Assembly: GCA_964016885.1 (NCBI GenBank)
Contig: OZ024744.1
Location: forward strand, 16,678,001-16,742,000
Direction of reading: 5' to 3'
Source: Eledone cirrhosa
Taxonomy: Eukaryota
Length of the DNA stretch: 64,000 nt
Shown: positions 52,051 to 64,000 of the stretch, in pieces
Position numbering within the stretch: the stretch's first letter is position 1
Layout: every line of letters begins with the position of its first letter
Program-made: the position numbers and the translations under genes
Notes under the pieces: model-generated
Database searches by the model: none
What the model was told of the DNA's origin: nothing
What the model saw: only the letters and a program-made list of their open reading frames with translations

Positions 52051-55000
52051 TAAAGTGTACTGTTCAGCTGAGGAATGTGTCCTGTGTTTACTGTAGTACT
52101 GTGTAAAGTGTACTATTCACCTGACGAATGTGTCCTGTGTTTACTGTAGTACTGTGTAAAGTGTACTGTTCACCTGAAAAAAAGTGTCCTGTGTTTACTG
52201 TAGTAACGTGTAAAGTGTACTGTTCACCTGAAGAATGTGTCCTGTGTTTACTGTAGTACTGTGTAAAGTGTACTGTTCACCTGAAGAAAGTGTCCTGTGT
52301 TTATTGTAGTAACGTGTAAAGTGTACTGTTCACCTGAAGAATGTGTCCTGTGTTTACTGTAGTACTGTGTAAAGTGTACTGTTCACCTGAAGAAAGTGTC
52401 CTGTGTTTACTGTAGTAACGTGTAAAGTGTACTGTTCACCTGAAGAATGTGTCCTGTGTTTACTGTAGTACTGTCTAAAGTGTACTGTTCACCTGAAGAA
52501 AGTGTCCTGTGTTTATTGTAGTAACGTGTAAAGTGTACTGTTCACCTGAAGAATGTGTCCTGTGTTTACTGTAGTACTGTGTAAAGTGTACTGTTCACCT
52601 GAAGAATGTGTCCTGTGTTTACTGTAGTACTGTGTAAAGTGTACTGTTCACCTGAAGAAAGTGTCCTGTGTTTATTGTAGTAACGTGTAAAGTGTACCGT
52701 TCACCTGAAGAATCTGTCCTGTGTTTACTGTAGTACTGTGTAAAGTGTACTGTTCACCTGAAGAAAGTGTCCTGTGTTTACTGTAGTAACGTGTAAAGTG
52801 TACTGTTCACCTGAAGAATGTGTCCTGTGTTTACTGTAGTACTGTGTAAAGTGTACTGTTCACCTGAAGAATATGTCCTGTGTTTACTGTAGTACTGTGT
52901 AAAGTGTACTGTTCATCTGAAGAATATGTCCTGTGTTTACTGTAGTACTGTGTAAAGTATAATGTTTAGCTGAAGAAAGTGTCCTGTCTTTACTGTAGTA
53001 CTGTGTAAAGTGTACTGTTCACCTGAAGAATGTGTCCTGTGTTTACTGTGGTACTGTGTAAAGTGTACTGTTCACCTGAAGAAAGTGTCCTGTGTTTACT
53101 GTAGTAACGTGTAAAGTGTACTGTTCACCTGAAGAATGTGTCCTGTGTTTACTGTAGTACTGTGTAAATGGTACTGTTCAGCTGAAGAATGTGTCCTGTG
53201 TTTACTGTAGTACTGTGTAAAGTGTACTGTTCACCTGAAGAATGTGTCCTGTGTTTACTGTAGTACTGTGTAAAGTGTACTGTTCACCTGAAGAATGTGT
53301 CCTGTGATTACTGTGGTACTGTGTAAAGTGTACTGTTCACCTGAAGAACTTGTCATGTGTTTACTGTGGTACTGTGTAAAGTGTACTGTTCACCTGAAGA
53401 AAGTGTCCTGTGTTTATTGTAGTACTGTGTAAAGTGTACTGTTCACCTGAAGAATGTGTCCTGTGTTTACTGTAGTACTGTGTAACGTGTACTGTTCACC
53501 TCGAGAAAGTGTCCTGTGTTTACTGTAGTAACGTGTAAAGTGTACTGTTCACCTGAAGAATGTGTCCTGTGTTTACTGTAGTACTGTGTAAAGTGTACTG
53601 TTCACCTGAAGAAAGTGTCCTGTGTTTACTGTAGTAACGTGTAAAGTGTACTGTTCACCTGAAGAATGTGTCCTGTGTTTACTGTAGTACTGTCTAAAGT
53701 GTACTGTTCACCTGAAGAAAGTGTCCTGTGTTTATTGTAGTAACGTGTAAAGTGTACTGTTCACCTGAAGAATGTGTCCTGTGTTTACTGTAGTACTGTG
53801 TAAAGTGTACTGTTCACCTGAAGAATGTGTCCTGTGTTTACTGTAGTACTGTGTAAAGTGTACTGTTCATCTGAAGAAAGTGTCCTGTGTTTATTGTAGT
53901 AACGTGTAAAGTGTACCGTTCACCTGAAGAATGTGTCCTGTGTTTACTGTAGTACTGTGTAAAGTGTACTGTTCACCTGAAGAAAGTGTCCTGTGTTTAC
54001 TGTAGTAACGTGTAAAGTGTACTGTTCACCTGAAGAATGTGTCCTGTGTTTACTGTAGTACTGTGTAAAGTGTACTGTTCACCTGAAGAATGTGTCCTGT
54101 GTTTACTGTAGTACTGTGTAAAGTGTACTGTTCACCTGAAGAAAGTGTCCTGTGTTTATTGTAGTAACGTGTAAAGTGTACTGTTCACCTGAAGAATGTG
54201 TCCTGTGTTTACTGTAGTACTGTCTAAAGTGTACTGTTCACCTGAAGAAAGTGTCCTGTGTTTATTGTAGTAACGTGTAAAGTGTACTGTTCACCTGAAG
54301 AATGTGTCCTGTGTTTACTGTAGTACTGTGTACAGTGTAATGTTCAGCTGAAGAAAGTGTCCTGTGTTTACTGTAGGACTGTGTAAAGTGTACTGTTCAC
54401 CTGAAGAATGTGTACTGTGTTTACTGTAGTACTGTGTAAAGTGTACTCTTCACCTGAAGAATGTGTCCTGTGTTTACTGTAGTACTGTGTAAGATGTACT
54501 GTTCAGCTAACTAATGTTCCTGTGTTTACTGTAGTACCGTGTAAAATGTACTCTTCACCTGAAGAATGTGTCCTGTGTTTGCTGCAGTACTGTGTAAAGT
54601 GTACCGTTCACCTGAAGAATGTGTCCTGTGTTTACTGTAGTAATGTGTAAAGTGTACTGTTCACCTGACGAATGTGTCCTGTGTTTACTGTAGTACAGTG
54701 TAATGTGTACTGTTCATCTGAAGAATGTGTCCTGTGTTTACTGTAGTACTGTGTAAAGTGTACTGTTCACGTGAAGAATGTGTCCTGTGTTTAATGTAGT
54801 ACTCTGTAAAGTGTACTGTTCACCTGAAGAATGTGTCCAGTGTTTTCTGTAGTCCTGCGTAAAGTGTACTGTTCACCTGAAGAATGTGTCCTGTGTTTAC
54901 TGTAGTACTGTGTAAAGTGTAATTTTCACCTGAAGAATGTGTCCTGTGTTTTCTGTAGTACTGCGTAAAGTGTACTGTTCACGTGAAGAATGTGTCCTGT

Positions 55001-58000
55001 GTTTACTGTGGTACTGTGTAAAGTGTACTGTTCACCTGAAGAACGTGTCATGTGTTTACTGTGGTACTGTGTAAAGTGTACTGTTCATCTGAAGAATGTG
55101 TCCTGTGTTTACTGTAGTAATGTGTAAAGTGTACTGTTCAGCTGAAGAATGTGTCCTGTGTTTACTGTAGTACTGTGTAAAGTGTACTGTTGAGCTAACT
55201 CATGGTTCCTGTGTTTACTGTAGTACTGTGTAAAGTGTACTGCTCAGCTGAAGAATGTGTCCTGTGTTTACTGTCGTACTGTGTAAAGTGTACTGTTCAG
55301 CTGAAAAATGTGTCCTGTGTTTGCTGCAGTACTGTGTAAAGTGTACTGTTCAGCTGAAGAATGTGTCCTGTGTTTACTGTAGTACTGTGTAAACTGTACT
55401 GTTCACCTGACGAACGTGTCCTGTGTTTATGGTAGTAATGTGTAAAGTGTACTGTTCACCGGAAGAATGTGTCCTGTGTTTACTCTCGTACTGTGTAGAG
55501 TGTACTCTTCAGCTGAAGAATGTGTCCTGTGTTTGCTGCAGTACTGTGTAAAGTGTACTGTTCAGCTGAAGAATGTCTCCTGTGTTTACTGTAGTACTGT
55601 GTAAAGTGTACTGTTCTCCTGAAGAATATGTCCCGTGTTTACTGTAGTACTGTGTAAAGTGTACTCTTCACCTGAAGAATGTGTCCTGTGTTTACTGTAG
55701 TACTGTGTAAGGTGTACTGTTCACCTGAAGAATGTGTCCTGTGTCTACTGTAGTACTGTGTAAAGTATAATGCACAGCTGAAGAAAGTGTCCTGTGTTTA
55801 CTGTAGTACTGTGTAAAATTTACTGTTCACCTGAAGAATGTGTACTGTGTTTACGGTAGTACTGTGTAAAGTGTACTCTTCACCTGAAGAATGTGTCCTG
55901 TGTTTACTGTAGTACTGTGTAAAGTGTACTGTTCACCTGAAGAATGTATCCTGTGTTTACTGTTTTACTGTGGTACTGTGTAAAGCGTATTGTTCAGCTG
56001 AAGGATGTGTCCTGTGTTTACTGTAGTACTGTGTAACATGTACTGTTCAGCTAACTAATGGTTCCTGTGTTTACTGTAGTACTGTGTAAAGTATAATGCA
56101 CAGCTGAAGAAAGTGTCCTGTGTTTACTGTAGTACTGTGTAAAGTGTACTCTTCACCTGAATAATGTGTCCTGTGTTTACTGTCGTACTGTGTAAAGTGT
56201 ACTCTTCACCTGAAGATTGTGTCCTGTGTTTGCTGCAGTACTGTGTAAAGTGTACTGTTCACCTGACGAATGTGTCCTGTGTTTACTGTAGTACTGTGTA
56301 ATGTGTACTGTTCAGCTGAAGAATGTGTCCTGTGTTTACTGTAGTACTGTGTAAAGTGTACTGTTCACCTGAAGAATGTGTCCTGTGTTTACTGTAGTAA
56401 TGTGTAAAGTGTACTGTTCATCTGAAGAATATGTCCTGTGTTTACTGTAGTACTGTGTAAAGTGTACTGTTCATCTGAAGAATATGTCCTGTGTTTACTG
56501 TAGTACTGTGTAAAGTATAATGTTTAGCTGAAGAAAGTGTCCTGTGTTTACTGTAGTACTGTGTAAAGTGTACTGTTCACCTGAAGAATGTGTCCTGTGT
56601 TTACTGTGGTACTGTGTAAAGTGTACTGTTCACCTGAAGAAAGTGTCCTGTGTTTACTGTAGTAACGTGTAAAGTGTACTGTTCACCTGAAGAATGTGTC
56701 CTGTGTTTACTGTAGTACTGTGTAAATGGTACTGTTCAGCTGAAGAATGTGTCCTGTGTTTACTGTAGTACTGTGTAAAGTGTACTGTTCACCTGAAGAA
56801 TGTGTCCTGTGTTTACTGTAGTACTGTGTAAAGTGTACTGTTCACATGAAGAATGTGTCCTCTGTTTACTGTAGTACTGTGTAAAGTGTACTGTTCACCT
56901 GAAGAATGTGTCCTGTGATTACTGTGGTACTGTGTAAAGTGTACTGTTCACCTGAAGAACGTGTCATGTGTTTACTGTGGTACTGTGTAAAGTGTACTGT
57001 TCACCTGAAGAATGTGTCCTGTGTTTACTGTAGTAATGTGTAAAGTGTACAGTTAACCTGAAGAATGTGTCCTGTGTTTACTGTGGTACTGTGTAAAGTG
57101 TACTGTTCACCTGAAGAATGTGTCCTGTGTTTACTGTAGTAATGTGTAAAGTGTACTGTTCACCTGAAGAATATGTCCTGTGTTTACTGTAGTACTGTGT
57201 AAAGTGTACTGTTCAGCTGAAGAATGTGTCCTGTGTTTAATGTAGTACTCTGTAAAGTGTACTGTTCACCTGAAGAATGTGTCCAGTGTTTTCTGTAGTA
57301 CTGCGTAAAGTGTACTGTTCACCTGAAGAATGTGTCCTGTGTTTACTGTAGTACTGTGTAAAGTATACTTTTCACCTGAAGAATGTGTCCTGTGTTTTCT
57401 GTAGTACTGCGTAAAGTGTACTGTTCACCTGAAGAATGTGTCCTGTGTTTACTGTAGTACTGTGTAAAGTGTGCTGTTCAGCTGAAGAATATGTCCTGTG
57501 TTTACTGTGGTACGGTGTAAAGTGTACTGTTCACCTGAAGAATATGTCCCGTGTTTACTGTAGTACTGTGTAAAGTGTACTGTTCACCTGAAGAATGTGT
57601 CCTGTGTTTACTGTAGAACTGTGTAAAGTGTACTGTTCAGCTGAAGAATGTGTCCTGTGTTTACTGTAGTACTGTGTAAAGTGTACTGTTCAGCTGCAGA
57701 ATGTCTCCTGTGTCTACTGTAGTACTGTGTAAAGTATAATGCACAGCTGAAGAAAGTGTCCTGTGTTTACTGTAGTACTGTGTAAAATTTACTGTTCACC
57801 TGAAGAATGTGTCCTGTGTTTACGGTAGTACTGTGTAAAGTGTACTCTTCACCTGAAGAATGTGTCCTGTGTTTACTGTAGTACTGTGTAAAGTGTACTG
57901 TTCACCTGAAGAATGTATCCTGTGTTTACTGTTTTACTGTGGTACTGTGTAAAGCGTATTGTTCAGCTGAAGGATGTGTCCTGTGTTTACCGTAGTACTG

Positions 58001-61000
58001 TGTAACATGTACTGTTCAGCTAACTAATGGTTCCTGTGTTTACTGTAGTACTGTGTAAAGTGTACTCTTCACCTGAATAATGTGTCCTGTGTTTACTGTA
58101 GTACTGTGTAAAGTGTACTCTTCACCTGAAGAATGTGTCCTGTGTTTGCTGCAGTACTGTGTAAAGTGTACTGTTCACCTGAAGAATGTGTTCTGTGTTG
58201 ACTGTAGTACTGTGTAATGTGTACTGTTCAGCTGAAGAATGTGTCCTGTGTTTACTGTAGTACTGTGTAAAGTGTACTGTTCACCTGAAGAATGTGTCCT
58301 GTGTTTACTGTAGTACTGTGTAAAGTGTACTTTTGACCTGAAGAATGTGTCCTGTATTTACTGTAGTACTGCGTAAAGTGTACTGTTCACCTGAAGAATG
58401 TGTCCTGTGTTTACTGTAGTACTGTGTAAAGTGTACTGTTGACCTGAAGAATGTGTCCTGTGTTTACTGTAGTACTGCGTAAAGTGTACTGTTCACCTGA
58501 AGAATGTGTCCTGTGTTTATTGTAGTAATGTGTAAATTATACTGTTCACCTGAAGAATGTGTCCTGTGTTTACTGTAGTACTGTGTAAAGTGTACTGTTC
58601 AGCTGAAGAATGTGTCCTGTGTTTACTGTGGTACTGTGTAAAGTGTACTGTTCACCTGAAGAATGTGTCCTGTGTTTACTGTGGTACTATGTAAAGTGTA
58701 CAATTCACCTGAAAAATGTGTCCTGTGTTTACTGTAGTAATGTGTAAAGTGTACAGTTAACCTGAAAAATGTGTCCTGTGTTTACTGTGGTACTGTGTAA
58801 AGTGTACTGTTCACCTGAAGAATGTGTCCTGTGTTTGCTGTAGTAATGTGTAAAGTGTACTGTTCACCTGAAGAATGTGTCCTGTGTTTACTGTGGTACT
58901 GTGTAAAGTGTACTGTTCACCTGAAGCATGTGTCCTGTGTTTACTGTAGTAATGTGTAAAGTGTACTGTTCACCTGAAGAATATGTCCTGTGTTTACTGT
59001 AGTACTGTGTAAAGTGTACTGTTCATCTGAAGAATATGTCCTGTGTTTACTGTAGTACTGTGTAAAGTATAATGTTTAGCTGAAGAAAGTGTCCTGTGTT
59101 TACTGTAGTACTGTGTAAAGTGTACTGTTCACCTGAAGAATGTGTCCTGTGTTTACTGTGGTACAGTGTAAAGTGTACTGTTCACCTGAAGAAAGTGTCC
59201 TATGTTTACTGTAGTAACGTGTAAAGTGTACTGTTCACTTGAAGAATGTGTCCTGTGTTTACTGTAGTACTGTGTAAAGTGTACTGTTCAGCTGAAGAAT
59301 GTGTCCTGTGTTTACTGTAGTACTGTGTAAAGTATACTGTTCACCTGAAGAATGTGTCCTGTGTTGACTGTAGTACTGTGTAAAGTGTACTGTTCAGCTG
59401 AAGAATGTGTCCTGTGTTTACTGTAGTACTGTGTAAAGTGTACTGTTCACCTGAAGAATGTGTCCTGTGTTGACTGTAGTACTGTGTAAAGTGTATTGTT
59501 CACATGAAGAATGTGTCCTGTGTTTACTGTAGTACTGTGTAAAGTGTACTGTTCACCTGACGAATGTGTCCTGTGTTTACTGTAGTACAGTGTAATGTGT
59601 ACTGTTCAGCTGAAGAATGTGTCCTGTGTTTACTGTAGTACTGTGTAAAGTGTACTGTTCACCTGAAGAATGTGTCCTGTGTTTAATGTAGTACTCTGTA
59701 AAGTGTACTGTTCACCTGAAGAATGTGTCCAGTGTTTTCTGTAGTACTGCGTAAAGTGTACTGTTCACCTGAAGAATGTGTCCTGTGTTTACTGTAGTAC
59801 TGTGTAAAGTGTAATCTTCACCTGAAGAATGTGTCCTGTGTTTTCTGTAGTACTGCGTAAAGTGTACTGTTCACCTGAAGAATGTGTCCTGTGTTTACTG
59901 TGGTACTGTGTAAAGTGTATTGTTCACATGAAGAATGTGTCCTGTGTTTACTGTAGTACTGTGTAAAGTGTACTGTTCACCTGACGAATGTGTCCTGTGT
60001 TTACTGTAGTAATGTGTAAAGTGTGCTGTTCAGCTGAAGAATATGTCCTGTGTTTACTGTGGTACGGTGTAAAGTGTACTGTTCACCTGAAGAATATGTC
60101 CCGTGTTTACTGTAGAACTGTGTAAAGTGTACTGTTCAGCTGAAGAATGTGTCCTGTGTTTACTGTAGTACTGTGTAAAGTGTACTGCTCAGCTGAAGAA
60201 TGTGTCCTGTGTTTACTGTCGTACTGTGTAAAGTGTACTGTTCAGCTGAAAAATGTGTCCTGTGTTTGCTGCAGTACTGTGTAAAGTGAACAGTTCAGCT
60301 GAAGAATGTGTCCTGTGTTTACTGTAGTACTGTGTAAAGTGTACTGTTCACCTGACGAACGTGTCCTGTGTTTATGGTAGTAATGTGTTAAGTGTACTGT
60401 TCACCTGAAGAATGTGTCCTGTGTTTAATGTAGTACTGTGTAAAGTGTACTGTTCACCTGAAGAATGTGTCCCCTGTTTACTGTAGTACTGTGTAAAGTG
60501 TACTGTTCAGCTGAAGAAAGTGTCCTGTGTTTACTGTAGTACTGTGTAAAGTGTACTGTTCACCTGAAGAATGTGTCCTGTGTTTACTGTAGTACTGTGT
60601 ATAGTGTACTGTTCACCTGCAGAAAGTGTCCTGTGTTTACTGTAGTGACGTGTAAAGTGTACTGTTCACCTGAAGAATATGTCCTGTGTTTACTGTAGTA
60701 CTGTGTAAAGTGTACTGTTCACCTGAAGAATGTGTCCTGTGTTGACTGTGGTACAGTGTAAAGGGTACTGTTCAGCTGAGGAATGTGTCCTGTGTTTACT
60801 GTAGTACTGTGTTAAGTGTACTGTTCAGCTGAAAAATGTGTCCTGTGTTTACTGTAGTACTGTGTAAAGTGTACTGTTCACCTGAAGAAAGTGCCTGTGT
60901 TGACTGTAGTACTGTGTAAAGTGTACTGTTCAGCTGAGGAATGTGTCCTGTGTTTACTGTAGTACTGTGTAAAGTGTACTGTTCAGCTGAGGAATGTGTC

Positions 61001-64000
61001 CTGTGTTTACTGTAGTACTGTGTAAAGTGTACTATTCACCTGAGGAATGTGTCCTGTGTTTACTGTAGTACTGTGTAAAGTGTACTGTTCACCTGAAAAA
61101 AGTGTCCTGTGTTTACTGTAGTAACGTGTAAAGTGTACTGTTCACCTGAAGAATGTGTCCTGTGTTTACTGTAGTACTGTGTAAAGTGTACTGTTCACCT
61201 GAAGAAAGTGTCCTGTGTTTATTGTAGTAACGTGTAAAGTGTACTGTTCACCTGAAGAATGTGTCCTGTGTTTACTGTAGTACTGTGTAAAGTGTACTGT
61301 TCACCTGAAGAAAGTGTCCTGTGTTTACTGTAGTAACGTGTAAAGTGTACTGTTCACCTGAAGAATGTGTCCTGTGTTTACTGTAGTACTGTCTAAAGTG
61401 TACTGTTCACCTGAAGAAAGTGTCCTGTGTTTATTGTAGTAACGTGTAAAGTGTACTGTTCACCTGAAGAATGTGTCCTGTGTTTACTGTAGTACTGTGT
61501 AAAGTGTACTGTTCACCTGAAGAATGTGTCCTGTGTTTACTGTAGTACTGTGTAAAGTGTACTGTTCACCTGAAGAATGTGTCCTGTGTTTACTGTAGTA
61601 CTGTGTAAATGGTACTGTTCAGCTGAAGAATGTGTCCTGTGTTTACTGTAGTACTGTGTAAAGTGTACTGTTCACCTGAAGAATGTGTCCTGTGTTTACT
61701 GTAGTACTGTGTAAAGTGTACTGTTCACATGAAGAATGTGTCCTCTGTTTACTGTAGTAATGTGTAAAGTGTACTGTTCACCTGAAGAATGTGTCCTGTG
61801 ATTACTGTGGTACTGTGTAAAGTGTACTGTTCACCTGAAGAACGTGTCATGTGTTTACTGTGGTACTGTGTCAAGTGTACTGTTCACCTGAAGAATGTGT
61901 CCTGTGTTTACTGTAGTAATGTGTAAAGTGTACAGTTAACCTGAAGAATGTGTCCTGTGTTTACTGTGGTACTGTGTAATGTGTACTGTTCACCTGAAGA
62001 ATGTGTCCTGTGTTTACTGTAGTAATGTGTAAAGTGTACTGTTCACCTGAAGAATATGTCCTGTGTTTACTGTAGTACTGTGTAAAGTGTACTGTTCAGC
62101 TGAAGAATGTGTCCTGTGTTTAATGTAGTACTCTGTAAAGTGTACTGTTCACCTGAAGAATGTGTCCAGTGTTTTCTGTAGTACTGCGTAAAGTGTACTG
62201 TTCACCTGAAGAATGTGTCCTGTGTTTACTGTAGTACTGTGTAAAGTGTACTTTTCACCTGAAGAATGCGTCCTGTGTTTTCTGTAGTACTGCGTAAAGT
62301 GTACTGTTCACCTGAAGAATGTGTCCTGTGTTTACTGTGGTACTGTGTAAAGTGTACTGTTCACCTGAAGAACGTGTCATGTGTTTACTGTGGTACTGTG
62401 TAAAGTGTACTGTTCATCTGAAGAATGTGTCCTGTGTTTACTGTAGTAATGTGTAAAGTGTGCTGTTCAGCTGAAGAATATGTCCTGTGTTTACTGTGGT
62501 ACGGTGTAAAGTGTACTGTTCACCTGAAGAATATGTCCCGTGTTTACTGTAGTACTGTGTAAAGTGTACTGTTCACCTGAAGAATGTGTCCTGTGTTTAC
62601 TGTAGAACTGTGTAAAGTGTACTGTTCAGCTGAAGAATGTGTCCTGTGTTTACTGTAGTACTGTGTAAAGTGTACTGTTCAGCTGAAGAATGTCTCCTGT
62701 GTCTACTGTAGTACTGTGTAAAGTATAATGCACAGCTGATGAAAGTGTCCTGTGTTTACTGTAGTACTGTGTAAAATTTACTGTTCACCTGAAGAATGTG
62801 TACTGTGTTTACGGTAGTACTGTGTAAAGTGTACTCTTCACCTGAAGAATGTGTCCTGTGTTTACTGTAGTACTGTGTAAAGTGTACTGTTCACCTGAAG
62901 AATGTATCCTGTGTCTACTGTAGTACTGTGGTACTGAGTAAAGCGTATTGTTCAGCTGAAGGATGTGTCCTGTGTTTACTGTAGTACTGTGTAACATGTA
63001 CTGTTCAGCTAACTAATGGTTCCTGTGTTTACTGTAGTACTGTGTAAAGTGTACTGTTCACCTGAATAATGTGTCCTGTGTTTACTGTCGTACTGTGTAA
63101 AGTGTACTGTTCACCTGAATAATGTGTCCTGTGTTTACTGTCGTACTGTGTAAAGTGTACTCTTCACCTGAAGAATGTGTCCTGTGTTTGCTGCAGTACT
63201 GTGTAAAGTGTACTGTTCACCTGACGAATGTGTCCTGTGTTTATTGTAGTACTGTGTAATGTGTACTGTTCAGCTGAAGAATGTGTCCTGTGTTTACTGT
63301 AGTACTGTGTAAAGTGTACTGTTCACCTGAAGAATGTGTCCTGTGTTTACTGTATGTACTGTGTAAAGTGTACTGTTGACCTGAAGAATGTGACCTGTGT
63401 TTACTGTAGTACTGCGTAAAGTGTACTGTTCATCTGAAGAATGTGTCCTGTGTTTATTGTAGTAATGTGTAAATTATACTGTTCACCTGAAGAATGTGTC
63501 CTGTGTTTACTGTGGTACTGTGTAAAGTGTACTGTTCACCTGAAGAATGTGTCCTGTGTTTACTGTGGTACTATGTAAAGTGTACTATTCACCTGAAAAA
63601 TGTGTCCTGTGTTTACTGTAGTAATGTGTAAAGTGTACAGTTAACCTGAAACATGTGTCCTGTGTTTACTGTGGTACTGTGTAAAGTGTACTGTTCACCT
63701 GAAGAATGTGTCCTGTGTTTGCTGTAGTAATGTGTAAAGTGTACTGTTCACCTGAAGAATGTGTCCTGTGTTTACTGTGGTACTGTGTAAAGTGTACTGT
63801 TCACCTGAAGCATGTGTCCTGTGTTTACTGTAGTAATGTGTAAAGTGTACTGTTCACCTGAAGAATATGTCCTGTGTTTACTGTAGTACTGTGTAAAGTG
63901 TACTGTTCATCTGAAGAATATGTCCTGTGTTTACTGTAGTACTGTGTAAAGTATAATGTTTAGCTGAAGAAAGTGTCCTGTATTTACTGTAGTACTGTGT

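Larger units (their letters stand above)
1..64000 (+). repeat. Satellite DNA array, 53-bp monomer, about 1,200 tandem head-to-tail copies; extends beyond both window edges
   Basis: TCCTGTG starts at position 1 and again at 54, and the 53-bp period persists to the end of the window. Most monomers differ from the consensus by only a few substitutions. Consensus composition is T20 A12 G13 C8. No non-satellite sequence or reverse-orientation monomer was seen. Confidence 0.99.

Noticed and set aside
62809-62997. 62-aa minus-strand ORF
   Set aside because: It is a satellite translation, kept open only because the 8-bp insertion monomer shifts the frame past the usual TGA/TAA stops.
63345-63365. 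1-bp insertion (tgtatgtact)
   Set aside because: It is a singleton indel that cannot be distinguished from a sequencing or consensus error without reads.
1-64000. CRISPR-like array (short, partly palindromic repeats)
   Set aside because: There are no unique spacers, the entire 53 bp is repeated, and there is no leader or cas gene.
1-64000. Giant repetitive protein-coding exon
   Set aside because: 53 is not a multiple of 3 and stop triplets occur in the monomer on both strands, so every frame closes within a few monomers. The ORF track shows nothing longer than 76 aa.
1-64000. Transposon insertion, inversion, telomeric repeat or tandem tRNA/5S/snRNA genes
   Set aside because: By eye I found no non-satellite segment, orientation switch, TTAGGG-type run, or RNA-gene motif or structure. 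A very short insertion could have been missed.
1-64000. Variant order as an encoded message or programmed information store
   Set aside because: The recurrent order is explained by descent through nested tandem duplications, and nothing in the sequence requires a functional code.

Overview
The whole 64-kb window is one uninterrupted, head-to-tail satellite DNA array of about 1,200 copies of a 53-bp monomer (consensus TCCTGTGTTTACTGTAGTACTGTGTAAAGTGTACTGTTCACCTGAAGAATGTG, about 40% GC, no CpG in the consensus). All copies are in the same orientation. I saw no genes, RNA genes, transposon insertions, CRISPR spacers or inversions, and the two listed ORFs are translations of the repeat. The informative signal is in the variant monomers. 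They show a nested hierarchy: 8-bp and 22-bp subrepeats inside the monomer, a 106-bp dimer, a 167/334-bp local repeat, irregular tandem duplications and triplications of 1.2-4.7 kb, and a block recurring about 43.7 kb away. There is no single fixed higher-order repeat. The monomer also carries two small dyads and matches to forkhead, E-box and TTC-N4-GAA motifs, whose function is untested. The array looks like eukaryotic heterochromatic, (peri)centromeric or subtelomeric satellite, but the organism and family cannot be named from the sequence alone. I found no evidence for a new gene-encoded system. Offsets were counted by hand from marker variants and block boundaries are approximate (about one monomer).
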